A stretch of 64,000 nucleotides of DNA from Octopus vulgaris (GCA_951406725.2 OX597819.1:22692001-22756000); one strand, 5' to 3'; shown: positions 40,929-55,224, numbered from the stretch's first letter. A program made the numbers and translations. The notes: a model not told the origin generated them from the letters alone.

Positions 40929-41315
40929 CATACAGAGGAAGAGGAAGGGAGGGTGAGAGAGAGCTCCCATATATCTTATTAAAAGTTACACCTGTTAAAC
41001 CACCCAAATTTATTAAGACATCCTTTTATTTCCATTTCCATATTCATACCTACTCCATTCACATATTTTCACAGTTATATGCAAATAATTTACTGATATT
41101 TTAAAGTATAGAGAATTATGTAATTATGTTTTGCGCCTGTGTATGTTGTATGCAGTCATGCGTGTATCGCACAACAGCTTTAAACGGGATGAAATATAAA
41201 CACGATGTATCAGTCATATAGAATGCCATGAAATACCCTATTTTCGCATCCCTGTTACTTTATATCCGCAACGATCAGCACGCATTTCCAAGTATATAAT
41301 ATGATGAAACAAAAG

Positions 41316-41375
<60 letters not shown>

Positions 41376-41430
41376 TATGTGCATATTTACCATTAAACAG
41401 CAACGCCGCCGTCATTGTATATAGTATCTA

Positions 41431-41998
41431 TTGGGTTGTCCGGAAAGTTCGTGCCGATTTATAGCAGCTTCCTTTCGACTTATTTTAGAACATGGTTGAG
41501 TCCAGGAAATAGGATTTGACTACACCTCCATTTAGAGCACAGTTTAAGCTATCTTTTCGTGGAAGAAGGTTTATGTTCCTTTAACCTGTCTTAATTCTGT
41601 AACCATTTAAAACGGAAGATAAGAAAGTTCATTTTCGACACTTGATGCTTTGGGAACCAGATAAAAATTGCTGCAGCTCGGCTAGGATGTGTTAACCACC
41701 CACCCTCCATATTCACTCGGTATTGCTCCTTCGGATTTCCACTTATTCAGGTCTCTGCAGAATAGTCTTAATGGTAAAAATTTCAATTCTTTGGATGACG
41801 TAAAAAGATACCTTGATGAATTCTTTGCCATGAAACCACCTCAATTCTGGGAAGAGGGTATTTTCAAGTTAGAGGAAAGATGGAGACGCATTGTGCAACA
41901 AAATGGTTCATATTTGGTTGATTAAAAATGTAATGGCAAGTATTTATTAACCTTTTTCTTTCCTTTAAAAATCGGCACGAATTTTCCGGACAACCCAA
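41431..41998 (+). mobile_element. Internally deleted mariner with both TIRs and TA TSD
   Basis: TA|TTGGGTTGTCCGGAAAGTTCGTGCCGATTT ... AAATCGGCACGAATTTTCCGGACAACCCAA|TA; HPPYSLGIAPSDFHLF..GIFKLEERW..NGSY. Confidence 0.92.
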
Positions 41999-42196
41999 TA
42001 TTTCACTGCCCCAGAGAAATAATCACCTCAAATTTCTATGTTACCATATTTACACGCAGAGAATTTACACAAATTTCAAGCTATTCCTTTAATCATTATA
42101 TACTGATAAAATTAGGTGGGGTCTTGAAACGTTATAGCCAATATGTTTGTTTTCCATTATGGCATTCGTTAAAAACGGAATTATTTTATTTTATAG

Positions 42197-42264
42197 TTTG
42201 CACAGTGGATCACATACTGCTGGACATACTGAAGTTTTACTATCCGGCATTGAACTATTGTTAA
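42197..42264 (+). CDS. Terminal coding exon, copy B: (V)CTVDHILLDILKFYYPALNYC*
   Basis: ttattttattttatag| acceptor, phase 1, TAA at 42262-42264, AATAAA at 42303-42308. Confidence 0.8.
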
Positions 42265-42904
42265 AACAAAATCGTTATTGATTTTCCTTGTAATTTATCG
42301 TCAATAAAAGTAAATACCAGTGTTTCATAATGTAGTGTTATTTGTAAATAGAACTCTATCTAGACAACAAATATTGAGGTATTCCCAATGTACCTTATAA
42401 TAATCTCAACTACTCGTATTTGTTTGCGTGTTCCTTAAATTTTGAGGAAACTGTCCCCGATAGAGAAAAAAACCTTTCAAATAACATACATTTAAAAATA
42501 AGTCCTTTTGCTTAAAATTACTACCTATACAATTCTATAATCTAGTTCATTCAAAATAGAAGAAGTAGTTCCTCATACCATCACAGAGTAAGAAATTCTC
42601 TCCAATAGTGAAAGACATATGTTCAGATGAAAACAGATACGTATTTATGAAAAGTGAGAGACGCTAACAAACATACAAGTGAATCGCATAGAAAAGAGAT
42701 AATTTCAATCATTCACACAGACACACACATATACACGTACATGCACATATACACATACGAACACATGAAATTCTCAAACACACACATAAGACGAAAGCAT
42801 ACATAAGTGCCCCAGGGGTGAAGGGTCGATGTATGTAATGCATGCGCTGCATGCGTTACTATTTTTTTCGCTACAAATAATTTTTGCTTCATATTAAGTT
42901 AATT

Positions 42905-44212
42905 ATTGTGTTTTATGTTTTATGTTTTATTAGTTTCAGCTCAAAGCTGGGGCCATGCTGGGGCACCACCGTTTTGCTACACTGTTATTATTGAGAGCCT
43001 CCTCTGATATGTGGCATTTGGTAAATAATGGAGTTTGATGACGCTAACGTCATTTGCACCTCTTGCCGCGAGGGAGGTTCATCTGAGACTTTTGACAGGA
43101 AGAGATCCAGCTCTGATTTGAAAAAACCTACATCCACTTTTTGTATGTCCCTCAGGCTCTTTGGGAGAATATTAAAAGGCTGTGGACCCTGAAACCCAGG
43201 CTGTTGCAGTAACTGGCCCTGAAGCCCATCGGCATTGCTGAGATCTTAGGCACTGTACAGTGGCGACCCGTTCTGGTATTTGTGTAGTGTAGCTTTCAAT
43301 GCCAAAATTTGACACAATCCCTTCCAGGAACTTCCAGATGTATATTACTGCATATCTCTCCCGCCTTCTCTCCAGGGAGTGGAGTCATATCTATTTCAGC
43401 CTATTCCAGTTGCTGAGCTGTTGCAATGAGGCAATCTTCTTTGTGAAGCTTAACTAGATTGCTTCAAGGTCTGCTGTTAAGTTTACACTATTGGGTGACC
43501 ATAGCTGGGAGCAGTAGTCCAGGCGGTTGAGGAGGAATTTCCTCCGGAGGACCATCATGGTTCCTTCTCTCTGGTTGTGAAGGCTCTCGGGATCCAACCA
43601 GCCAGTCGTGTGCACTTCTGCTATCCTGGCAATGAGCACTTGGAAAGAGATATCATCACTCATGTTGATACACAGGTCCCGCACTGATTTAGGCTCTAGG
43701 ATTGTAATCCCCTGTGGGCCAGTATACTCTGTAAGTTTTATATTCTGTTTTGGGCGTTGGTAGCACAGGGCTTGGAATTTTACAGCATTAAACTGCATGT
43801 TATTGTCCTTAGCTCATCTGTAAAGTGAGTCCATCTCCCGCTGCAGGTATGCAGCATCGCCGGGGTTCTGTATTTTCGGCGAAAGTTTCGTATCGTCTGC
43901 GTAGCTAGCAATGATGGCTATCCGGGCAGCTGAGGGCATAACTGAGAGGGCCACAATGGAAAGTAATGGTCCCAAGACAGTGCCCTGTGGAACACCACGC
44001 ACTATTTGAGTTTTGTTGGAGTTGGTTCCATTGGCCACTACTGCCTGACTTCTATCTTTCAGAAAGTCATATAACCACTCTCCACGTATTCCAGCTACAC
44101 CAAGATCACGCAGTTTCTGGCATATCATACCATGATCCACTTTATCAAAAGCTTTCGCAAAATCAAGATATATTACGTCCATATTTGAGTTGAGTAACTG
44201 CTCAACACTCAA
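42905..44212 (-). mobile_element. 5'-truncated CR1/L2-clade LINE (RT and 3' end)
   Basis: DVIYLDFAKAFDKVDH, GVPQGTVLGPLL, YADDTKL, MQFNAVKF, RLDYCSQLWSP; (CATAAAA)-type tail. Confidence 0.9.
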
Positions 44213-46754
44213 TCATATTGTTAATTTACACTTTTCTCATTGCATTTGTGATGTTTTTTTGCATTTCTCGTTCCTTCATTTCTTAGCATATATATATTTT
44301 AAAGGTGTAAGTAGAGAAAGCGCCTGTTTGCTTAGCGAGAAAAGAACGAAAAGAAGTGAATTAATTTCTTTCCTGTCCATTGTTTTTAAGCAAGAAATGT
44401 GAAAGGAAAAAAAGAGCAGGAAGTTAAAGAAAGAAAAGTAGCAAAAGGCCGAAAAATATCTGTTTGTTCTCTGTCAGTAAGGAAAATGCTGTGGTGTTAG
44501 TATTTTCGTATACTATTATACGATGAAAGAGCGTGAAAAAGATATGCAAAACAAAACAGTGAAAGGATAAAAAGGGAAAAGTAGGGAAAAAAAGCAGAAA
44601 TTTGGAAGAATTTCAACTGTTTCGTGGACTGCTACCGCAACAGCTCCTTTATAGGATCCAGTTAGCTCACGAAATCATCAGGAGGAACCACGTCCAGTTT
44701 CCGCCCCTACTCCTCTACCGTTTTGACGTGGCGCTCCCCCCCCTTTCGGAGGTGTCTTCAGCTCTGGTGTTGGGTGCATGCCTTCTTTCTTCTTTCTTCT
44801 GTTCCCTGGCCTCTTCGATGTAGCGTCAATGAGTGTCAACGGGCGACTGACTGTCTTGTCAAATTTTTTTCTTTTAAATACCTGCTACTAGGCTCCAGCA
44901 GTCAGCTCCAGCAAGTTGTCACTTGACACTGTCTCAACTTTAACTGACCAATGAAGGCGCGTAGTCTCAGCCCACGCATTCTCTAAATGAGACCGTCACC
45001 TGTCAATCAGCGAAGCTAATTCAGTGTCAGCTTGTCTCACCTAGTGATGTTATTTTCCGCCGGCATGTTATGACTTTCAAGCCATTTTTGGTCTTCCCGC
45101 TTCAGCCATATATAGAAGCTGGATTATTCGACCGCCTCATGTACTCGAATGCTTGCCTTCCAGCTGTGTTAATCCAGCAGACGCATTTTCTCTTGATGCG
45201 CTGATGTTTTTACTGCAGGTCTAAAGTATATACAAATTTGCATATGCAGGAATTTAAAGGACACATAGAAAATATAAACGGGTCATATTTTGCCATTAAG
45301 TAGTGTGTATTGTTCTGAATGTAGTCATGTGTAAAAAGATACCGTTCCACTGAGAAAAATGCAACATTTTGTTCTTGAGTACATTTATGTTTTTGAAACA
45401 GATAATGATTTTTTATTAAATCAGTATTTTCGGATAAATTCTCAATCTGATTCCCAACTGAGAAGAGTACAAACTTTGGGAAATTGTCCTAGTGCAATAC
45501 TGTTTTCATTTGATTCTTGATTTGTTATTTCTAAGAAAAAGTGACATTTGACATTTTTCGAAATGATCAGTATTTAGGGATTGAGTTGCATATACATTTT
45601 ACAAATGACCAGACAGGGTCAATTAAGTCAGATATAGCAAGACATCGAATCATCATTTATGTGCTTGATCGAAGTCCTCGTCTTAAAAAAATACAAAAGT
45701 ATTCGGAATTTGTTCTTTTCCTCATCAAGTTCTTCAATAAATCTCCATTTACAGCGAACTATATCTAGTTTTGGAATCATGTGATAAAAGGACCTAACCT
45801 AAAGAAGAGCAGTCTTTGCGGCCCACTTAAGTATCCAGATGGTGGTCCCATGATCAATGTCTCAAACGATAGAAATAATCTTTGAATTTCATTCAAGAAA
45901 CCCTTTCACTCTAAGATGCTTGGGACTAGTTTCCTAGAGATATATTTTGGAAGACCAATCATCCTTGAGTTTCCCGGAAACTTCAGAATCAATGTCATTA
46001 TATTCAGCATTAACAAAGCTCGTAATTGGGTTTGGATAACCTGACTCCGCTGCCTGTCTATGAAATCCCTCCGGCATTGGCACGTTACCTCGGAAGCCTC
46101 TTGTTAAATTGCACTGTAGCAGCGTGTGCTGACGGATCTCTCGCGGCCAACACACTATCGACACTATTGCATTCTAATGTTCAGTTTTGATTCGAAAACG
46201 TATTAATGCTCTCAACTCTAGCAGCATTCACGTCCATGCAGATGCTATCACTCGGCTATATAATTTATCAGACAGGCGTAATTACATAAATCTTTGAGGC
46301 ACTGCATCAAATTTGCATTGTCTCTATAAACAGTCCACGAAAACATTTTCCAATGCATATTTTGTCTCATTCAACAAACACAAGAACTCATACTATAAGA
46401 CATGTTGAACATCCATTATTTCTATTTGGGGATAACAGGAGTTAAAGCTGTTATGAATACCAGACAACACTACCACTGATTTTATCTTCTGCCAATTCTA
46501 CATTCGTGACAGCTTAAACACATTCCAAAACTTGGCCTTTCTCTTTAGACTTAAAACGTGCTTCAGCTCTGAACGGCTGCCAAGCTTTCCTCCCAAGAAA
46601 GACGAATTGGTTGAATAATTTTACCGTCTAATGGAAGAGATAGCTACAAGTATACATAGATAACTACGTACAATGTAACAGTAACGACTGAATATCTGTT
46701 ATATTTTGTATGTGATATATTTCTTATCAGGTATCTAATAAGAAATATATCAAA

Positions 46755-47100
46755 ACTATTTTCTTTTGCCCCAACACAAGATGCTCCTACATAAAGTGGG
46801 CCATGTAAAAAGTATGATTCTTCAAGTTGCAACCCAGCAACTTTTAGTGTTTAGCTCTGAGTTTTATTAAGCTTCATGGCAAAAGAAAGTGAGTTAGGAA
46901 ACTGTAACGGTATAAATTGGAATGGGACATTAGATGGTGTAACTAGTATGCGAAGAATGAAGACGGTCTTACCTTTACCACAAACAGTGAGAATATTTGC
47001 CTCTATGTACTTCCTCATAAGTTTGTGCACAATTACTGTTGCACTGTTGCATATTTTTTGTTGAGACAAATTATGCAATAGCATAGAAGCTTCCCCTGAA
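46755..47100 (-). mobile_element. Helitron Pif1-like helicase C-terminal remnant
   Basis: MLLHNL..ICN..IEANIL..GKTVFILRI..PFQF..LQFP..LSFAMKLNKTQS*TL..GLQL..FLHGPLYVGAS. Confidence 0.85.
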
Positions 47101-47234
47101 CTAGATACTTTCATTTTGCGGCGAAAGAAAGAGGCAGAATTTCGATGTTATCTATATATAAAAAGCATAATAGCTTCATATGAACCATTTGCTTTCATTT
47201 TCTTGGACAAACAAGCAATCACGCAGAATGTTTC

Positions 47235-47288
<54 letters not shown>

Positions 47289-47474
47289 TAAGCAATTAAG
47301 GGTTTAGCAACGAATTGCCTCACCACACACCGAATTTAGAAATAGCAGTCAAAGAGTTATAGCTATTCTTTCTACTAAAAGGGAGATCTCAGTAAAAACA
47401 CAGCATTTGAAAGGCAAACACAGACAGGTAAGAGAGAATGAAATGACGCCAATCTATCATACAATTTTAAGTCA

Positions 47475-47565
47475 CCTACGGACGTACGTTTCGAAATCAA
47501 GTTTTAGGAAAGCATAAGAATTAGATAATTCTACCTTACCCAACTTCTTTTCTCATCAGCGTAGG
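47475..47565 (-). ncRNA. Type I hammerhead ribozyme (inverted copy)
   Basis: Reverse complement of 48104-48194. Confidence 0.85.
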
Positions 47566-48103
47566 ACACTACAATTATGAATAATTGTATATTAAATTTT
47601 GAGATACTAGAAGGCATCATCTCAACTCAGTATCAGAGCGAGCTAAAGCCATTACCAGTACCACGAAATTCAAAGTGTGAATGAAAGTTTGTATCACCAG
47701 CCCCTTCCCACCCGCGTGTAGCCAAGACAAGATGCTGTGGTCATTTCTGAATTCGGTGTGTGGTGAGGCAATTCGTTGCTAAACCCTTAATTGCTTAGTA
47801 TTACTTAAATTTTCCTCGAATGAGGCTTTTACATGCCGAAATCTACTTGGTGTAATTAATAATTATTCCAAATTAATTAATTTCACCCTTTATTGTTACT
47901 GATAACCATATTTCATCCCAGTAAATGACCACAGCATCTTGTCTTGGCTACACGCGGGTGGGAAGGGGCTGGTGATACAAACTTTCATTCACACTTTGAA
48001 TTTCGTGGTACTGGTAATGGCTTTAGCTCGCTCTGATACTGAGTTGAGATGATGCCTTCTAGTATCTCAAAATTTAATATACAATTATTCATAATTGTAG
48101 TGT

Positions 48104-48194
48104 CCTACGCTGATGAGAAAAGAAGTTGGGTAAGGTAGAATTATCTAATTCTTATGCTTTCCTAAAACTTGATTTCGAAACGTACGTCCGTAGG
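48104..48194 (+). ncRNA. Type I hammerhead ribozyme, canonical core
   Basis: CCTACG-CTGATGA-gaaa..aagtt..(long stem II)..aactt..tttc-GAAA-CGTACG-TC-CGTAGG; predicted cut after C48188. Confidence 0.88.
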
Positions 48195-48716
48195 TGACTT
48201 AAAATTGTATGATAGATTGGCGTCATTTCATTCTCTCTTACCTGTCTGTGTTTGCCTTTCAAATGCTGTGTTTTTACTGAGATCTCCCTTTTAGTAGAAA
48301 GAATAGCTATAACTCTTTGACTGCTATTTCTAAATTCGGTGTGTGGTGAGGCAATTCGTTGCTAAACCCTTAATTGCTTAGTATTACTTAAATTTTCCTC
48401 GAATGAGGCTTTTACATGCCGAAATCTACTTGGTGTAATTAATAATTATTCCAAATTAATTAATTTCACCCTTTATTGTTACTGATATATATATATATAT
48501 ATATACTCCATATAAAATTAGTGTATATTTAAACATAAAAGAGGCGTCTTTTGGTCATTTTGACTGTTTTTTTGTGTTTAAATGTACTCTAATTTCATAT
48601 GGTGAATATGTTGCCTATTGACTTTTTATACATGCTGGTAGTGAAATTTCTAATAATTCGCTACCCTAATTTTACGAATGTATATATATATATATGTGTG
48701 TGTGTGTGTATGTGTC

Positions 48717-48749
<33 letters not shown>

Positions 48750-48809
48750 GTGCGCGCGCGCGTGCGTGTGTGTGTAAAGCGGAGAGATATAAATATCTAG
48801 GCAGATAAG

Positions 48810-50420
48810 GCGTTCCCTCAAATATGTAAACTTAAACAGTAACCATCCACCTAGTATAACACACGAATCAGTAGAAAATATTTCAACCCGTATCTCTAAT
48901 CGCTCTGTCAATGAAAACATTTCTAAATTCAATGCAAATTATTACAATTTAGCTCCAGAAAAAGAAGGGCATAGGAAAAAAATATAATTTTGTAAAACTA
49001 ATAATAAGGTAGATATAAATACAACAAATACTAACTTAGGAACCAAAGATAATAATAGAATGTTTAATTCTGCCTGCAAAAATATAGAATGAGAAAACTG
49101 TAGATAGGGATAAGGTAATTGAATATAATAAAGATTTAAATAAAAAAGTATGACCATAATAACGAAACACGGCTGCATAGCTACAAGAATAACAATCCAA
49201 AGCACAATAATAAAATACATTCTAATAATATAAAGGACTATAACAACGATTTTAACACACGACCCTATTCAACTCATAATAAATATTATAAAAGAAAAGC
49301 TTTTTACTACTCTAAGCACAAGGCCAGCAATTTTGGGGGAGGGAGCCAGTCGACCCCAGTACACAACTGGTACTTAATTTATCGACCCCGAAAGGATGAA
49401 AAGCAAAGTCGACCGCAGCGGAATTTGAACTCAGTACGTAAAGACAGACGAAATAGTGCTAAGCTTTTCGCCCGGCGTGCTAACGTTTCTGCCAGCTCAC
49501 CGCCTAATAATAATCTCTTCTGTTCCAGGCACAAGGCCCGAAATTTTAGGGGAGGGGGCCAGTCGATTACATCGACTTCAGTACGCAACTGGTACTTAAT
49601 TTATCGACCCTGAAATGACGAAACGCAAAGTCGATCTCAACAGAATTTGAACGTAAAGTCAGACGAAGTACCGTTAAGCATTTCACCTGGCGTGCTATCT
49701 TTTCTGCCAGTTCACCACCTTATTATAATAGGAAAATTAAACATAGAATCCCTAACGCAATAGAAAATAAAGGTAAAAAGCTCACTCCAGCCATAAATTT
49801 TAATTACAATTCTAACTATAAGTTAAGAAATGATGCTAAAGATATAGACTAGATGATAATCTCCAAACAAGTTAAATCAAAGATACTTCGAATAGTCTAC
49901 GAAGCACAAGATAAATTTTTTCCGGTGACAAATAAATATCATAATCTATTTAATAAAGAATAAATCAAAATTGCGTTTTCAAATTCTAGAAACTTAGCTC
50001 AAGTTATAGCCGTCCATAACAACAGGCAAATTGCGAATGCTGAAGATGATAACGTTAAATGTAAATATAAACCAAATTAAATATAATTATAATAATACCA
50101 ACTTCAAAAATAATAGTAAAATGCTGAACCCAAACTCTAATCAAATCACCATTAAGAAAGCAAAGATCAAAGAGAAACTACTCAGATAATTCCATAGATC
50201 CTATAAGTAAACGACAGACAAACATGGCGACTAGAAAGAGCAACATCTATTTTGAAAACAATAATGATAATACATATAATAAGCAAAAATATAAAACAAA
50301 CACAAACATTATAAAATCTGATGATGAAAACTATACCAGTTTAATTCATAAAACATGTGATTGCGCCTGAACACAATGCAAGTTTCAGAATAATTGTAGA
50401 ATAAAAAGCACCGTTTATAG
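48810..50420 (+). mobile_element. Degenerate Penelope-like ORF (RT C-terminus and linker to the start of GIY-YIG), interrupted by two SINEs
   Basis: SNHPPSI..NISTRISNRSVNE..YYNLA; FFPVTNKYHNLFNKE*IKIAFSNSRNLAQVIAVHN; CDC..QCKFQNNCRIKSTVY. Confidence 0.7.
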
Positions 50421-51157
50421 ATAAGGAACTGATTCAGGGAATGGAGCAAAAGACATTCATTAATGAGCAGAATGTGTGTTTATATAAAAGGCAAGGCGTT
50501 TTCATTAAGGAAAAACCAAATCTCATGAAACAGAAGAATCATGTTTACAAAGGTGAAGCGGAATAATTTGGATGAAGATCCCTTTCAGCGTGAGCCTCAA
50601 CATTTAATTTCCATGATCTCTGATTCTTCTCTTCCTGTAATGCCAAAAGTACAAATGCCTTCAGATAAAGATCATTTGGTTCTTACACCTTTCGAAAATA
50701 TATCCACCAAAATACTGTGGAATATATACTGTACCCTGTATTGAGTAAACAGAGCTTGTTTTTCAAGTTGGTTAATCTACAAACGGTGTGATAAAAATAG
50801 TTATAAGCTTCACATTTTTAAGTGAATTGATAAATCTTAAACAGACTCTCGTTCAAAACGGTGTTGATCTTTGCCTGTATTTCTTAAAATGAAAAAATTT
50901 TTCAGTGCGGTTCGTCGTTTAATTTCAACCCTACAAAGTAATATAACGTACACATGATTCAGTGTGATATATTTTAAGAATTTGGAGTGGATAAGTAATT
51001 ATCAGACCGACCCTGAGTATCAAATACGATTTAGTTCTTTACTTTGCATAGTTTATTTATATTAAGAATGTCTCCAGAAGCATAAACAGCTAGAAATTCT
51101 GATCATTTCCGGGCCTCACTTACCCGATATTTGGACCTCTACTATATATGCATAAGC

Positions 51158-51200
<43 letters not shown>

Positions 51201-51201
51201 C

Positions 51202-51328
<127 letters not shown>

Positions 51329-51565
51329 AATAGATAGATAGATAGACAGACAGACAAACAGATAGATAGATAGATATGTTTCTTTATTAGCCACACAGGG
51401 CTGCACACAGATAGAACAAATTACAAGGTAGAGCTTTTCTTTTGGGGGTAAAAAAAAAGAGAGTGGTGGTTTTCGATCAAAAGGGATCGTAAAAGGAAAG
51501 AAAAAGGACAAAAAAAAGGGAGGGGTTAAAAAAAAGGGGGGGAGAGAAAAAAAATGAATAATAGG

Positions 51566-51640
<75 letters not shown>

Positions 51641-52671
51641 CTAATAGCGACAAAAGCAGTATCAACACCAAAAGGTAATATTTATCTTCCCCTTGTTTAA
51701 TATGAGAGGACGTGTCATCAACATGTGAAGCATAAAAGTACTCGTGTTTATATCTTTGACGAGTGATTACCACCTGCTACGGTCACAGTGATTTTGCACT
51801 TCCGTGAGATTCTCGATGGCAGACGTCCACCGGTCTGCGATTTATAGTCTCTCAGTGTCTATACGCGCACTGAAGTCGCAAAAAGCCAGTGGGCTTTCTT
51901 TTATCTTTTTCATTATCTTATTTGCTTCAATCATTTAACTCCGGCCATGCTGGAGTTAAATAAAACCATTAAATGAGAAGGTGTTTTCGTCCCTAAGGGC
52001 GGTATTACTCATTATGTGGGTATTTGAAGAGTCTACGACCATCTCTGGAACATAAGTGATGTATGTTCCAAGCGTGAACGAAATCGAATGAAAAATATTG
52101 ATTTTAAGGGGGATCAAGAAAAAGGCCTGTACACACAAAGACACACAAACACATCTTCCGTTATATTATATATATATCTATATATATACGACAGCCTTCT
52201 ATCACTTTCCGTGTACCAAATCCACTCCCAAGGCTTTGGACAGCTCGAGGCTATAGTAGAAGACACTTGCCCAAAGTGTCACGTGTGGTTGGGAAACACA
52301 CTTTTACCACACAGCCACGCCTGCTCATTATTAAACAATAATTAATATCGACATTGCTTTTATGCATCACAAGTTCAAATATATTTGAGAATCGAAGCAC
52401 GGGTAGAGCATCTTTCATAGTTATGTCGTAGCGCGTGTTGGTGACTAAACGCTGATTGTAAAAAAAAGCCTTGTACGATTTTATTTTTCACGGTGAGTCA
52501 GTGAAGTGGTAAAGTCCAGTAGTACGTTCCAAAGATGAACTGGCAGCGGGAGGAAAGACAGGAGGGGGAATGGAGCTTAACTACTACGGAGTAGCAACGC
52601 GTGATGAAGACCGGAGGAAGCGTGGAAAGCGAAACAACGGCTGATAATTAGATAGATTGTGTGCGCGTATA

Positions 52672-52901
52672 CTCTTACTCTTTTACTCTTTTACTTGTCT
52701 CACTCATTTGACTGCGGCCATGCTGGGGCACCGCCTTTAGTCGAGCAAATCGACCCCGGGACTTATTCTTTGTAAGCCCAGTACTTATTCTATCAGTCTT
52801 TTTTGCCGAACCGCTAAGTGACAGGAACGTAAACACACCAGCATCGGTTGTCAAGCAATGCTAGGGAGACAAACACAGACACACAAACATATACAAACAC
52901 A

Positions 52902-52942
<41 letters not shown>

Positions 52943-53133
52943 TTATATATATATATATATACATACATATATACGACAGGCTTCTTTCAGTTTCCGTCTA
53001 CCAAATCCACTCACAAGGCATTGGTCGGCCCGGGGCTATAGCAGAAGACACTTGCCCAAGATGTCACGCAGTGGGACTGAACCCGGAACCATGTGGTTGG
53101 TTAGCAAGCTACTTACCACACAGCCACTCCTGT
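52672..53133 (-). mobile_element. Full-length SINE family A
   Basis: Reverse complement of 3646-4097. Confidence 0.85.
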
Positions 53134-54487
53134 GCTTCGTACGTTATTGTATGTTATTGAGAGAAGGTATAGTCTAGCGAAGCGGGAGCGTGTGTGAAAG
53201 AATGCATTTGCGTGTTTGTGACTGTGTGTCTGTGTTTTTTGTGTGTGGATTGGAGTATCAGTGGCAAGAATTGATTGTCGTTGTGAGCAATGTGAAACTA
53301 CGTATGAAGGGATTAAGGACGGTTGTGAAGCAAAGGGGAACTGACAGGTATGTAAGGGTTTTGCAGCAGAGGTATACTTTTATATAAGCGCTTAAGGTGG
53401 AGGTAAGAGCAAGTGTATGTGTAGATGGATGTACGTGGACCGAGTGTGCAAGTATGTCTGGGTATATACGTCTTAGCGTGAGAGTGTAAGACATTGTGCC
53501 CGTGTGGACATGATGTATGTAGAAGTGTTAAGTGGTAATAAGTTGGCGGAGAGGTTGTATGCGTATCCATGTGTGTAAGCGATAGCTGTGAAGATGTGTT
53601 GGGTCACGAGGTTTGTGTACGTGTGTATGTATGTGTGTATGTGCGTATGTTTGCGTGTGTGTGTGTGTGTATTATTGTATCAATTGCTTGTGGTAATGTG
53701 AGGATGAGATAAAAGTAGTCAAGAGGGTGTCGACCTGAGTGGGGTACGTGGGAAGGAGCGGGTAAAATGAGGGGGCGGTTAAGGAGAAACATTGGAAAAG
53801 AAATTTAACACCAAAAGTACTGTAGGCTTGGAGAGAAAGTGGGACTCTGTTCTTTCTGGAATGGTAGGGACTCCAGTGATAAAAAACTATTTAGAAGACC
53901 AAGAGGTGCTGCATGAATGGCTGGTGAAACTAAAACTAAATGCCATTTAATCAAACTTTCCTTCTAATGGTTTAGAAGATCACAGAGTATACGCAGGAAA
54001 AAACAAAACTACAGAAACGCCTCTGAAAATAGTTTATTGTGATATTTCTTTTACGTGTTTGAATAAGGATGACAAAATAATTAAACCTTGGCCTGGTATA
54101 CTCATCATTTCCTTCCTCATCAGTTTATTGCAAACAGATTATTGCCTTTTCGATTTTGTTTCCGTTTTTTCTTTTTTCCCCTCGCTAGTTTTCTATAAAT
54201 ATAAAAGTATTTAAACAGAATAAAAGAATAAAGCAGTTACTCTAAACTGTTTTATTTTTTTATCCTTTTATATATGTAAATATTTCATTTTTTTTTTATA
54301 TGTATACTAAAAATAATTATTACCAAATAAAACTGGCAAGCAATGTTAATTATAAAGTTGTAAATTTTACTACAACAGAACATAAATCTTTACAAATTTA
54401 CAGCCATTAAACAATAAACCTATAACTTCGATGAATTCGATTGCCAGCTGGTGGGGGTTATCGGGCAGTGTAATCTCACTGGCAATG

Positions 54488-54534
<47 letters not shown>

Positions 54535-54539
<5 letters not shown>

Positions 54540-54926
54540 ATATTTCAGAATGGTCATTTTGCCAGTTTAGCCAATAAAAACACACGCACTATATAATTGG
54601 TGTTATTTTGCTTCAGTGTTATTTATTTTTTTACATTAATCTTAATCTTATTTCGGCCAGAGTTCTTTCGTCACACTTCTGTGACCGCATCAGTGGTCCT
54701 TTTTTTCTTCTTTCTTATTTGTGTTAGTAAGGAGAGACACAAATAAGAAAGAAGAAAACAAAGGACCACTGATGCGGTCACAGGAGTGTGACGAAAGAAC
54801 TCTGGTCGAAATAAGATTAAGATTAATGTAAAAAATAAATAACACTGAAGCAAAATAACACCAAATATATAGTGCGTGTGTTTTTATTGGCTAAACTGGC
54901 AAAATGACCATTCGAAATATAATAAT
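54535..54926. mobile_element. Near-perfect ~390-bp palindrome made of two head-to-head PLE-like ends, each with an HHR motif
   Basis: Arms ~54535-54724 / 54737-54926 with a ~12-nt spacer; adjacent to (TA)n; single-arm relative at 37911-38037. Confidence 0.85.
54764..54807 (+). ncRNA. Hammerhead motif with A9C change (mirror copy at 54655-54698 -; 5'-truncated relative with A9 at 37911-37946)
   Basis: GACCA-CTGATGC-g-gtcaca ggag tgtgac-GAAA-gaac-TC-TGGTC. Confidence 0.65.
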
Positions 54927-54981
54927 ATCTGTTTCAACACACGACTTCACATAAAAAATCTTGCACAACAAATATTTAAAC

Positions 54982-55025
<44 letters not shown>

Positions 55026-55224
55026 ATATAAACATATAAACATATAAACAAATACAGCCACATAAGTATTCTGACAAAACAAAAACCAATAACGTTTAGA
55101 AATATATACGTGTTTAATAATAATGTAACATATCTATACAAAAACAAACAAAATAGAGAGGCATACTCACACATACCTGCACACACATACATATGTACAT
55201 ACCTATGTGTATATATATATATAA

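Larger units (their letters stand above)
47288..48487 (+). mobile_element. Young non-coding Penelope-like (retrozyme-like) insertion: inverted copy + partial tandem + full 583-bp unit, in (TA)n
   Basis: 47288-47746 is the reverse complement of ~47922-48381; 47750-47904 repeats at ~48333-48487 (period 583); (TA)n on both sides. Confidence 0.85.

Noticed and set aside
45219-45268. Possible terminal exon GLKYIQICICRNLKDT* after tttttactgcag
   Set aside because: No paralog support, and better-supported terminal exons exist at 28893 and 42197
50318-50335. CTGATGATGAAA (and CTGATGAAA at ~62773)
   Set aside because: Core words without stem II or stem I; chance matches
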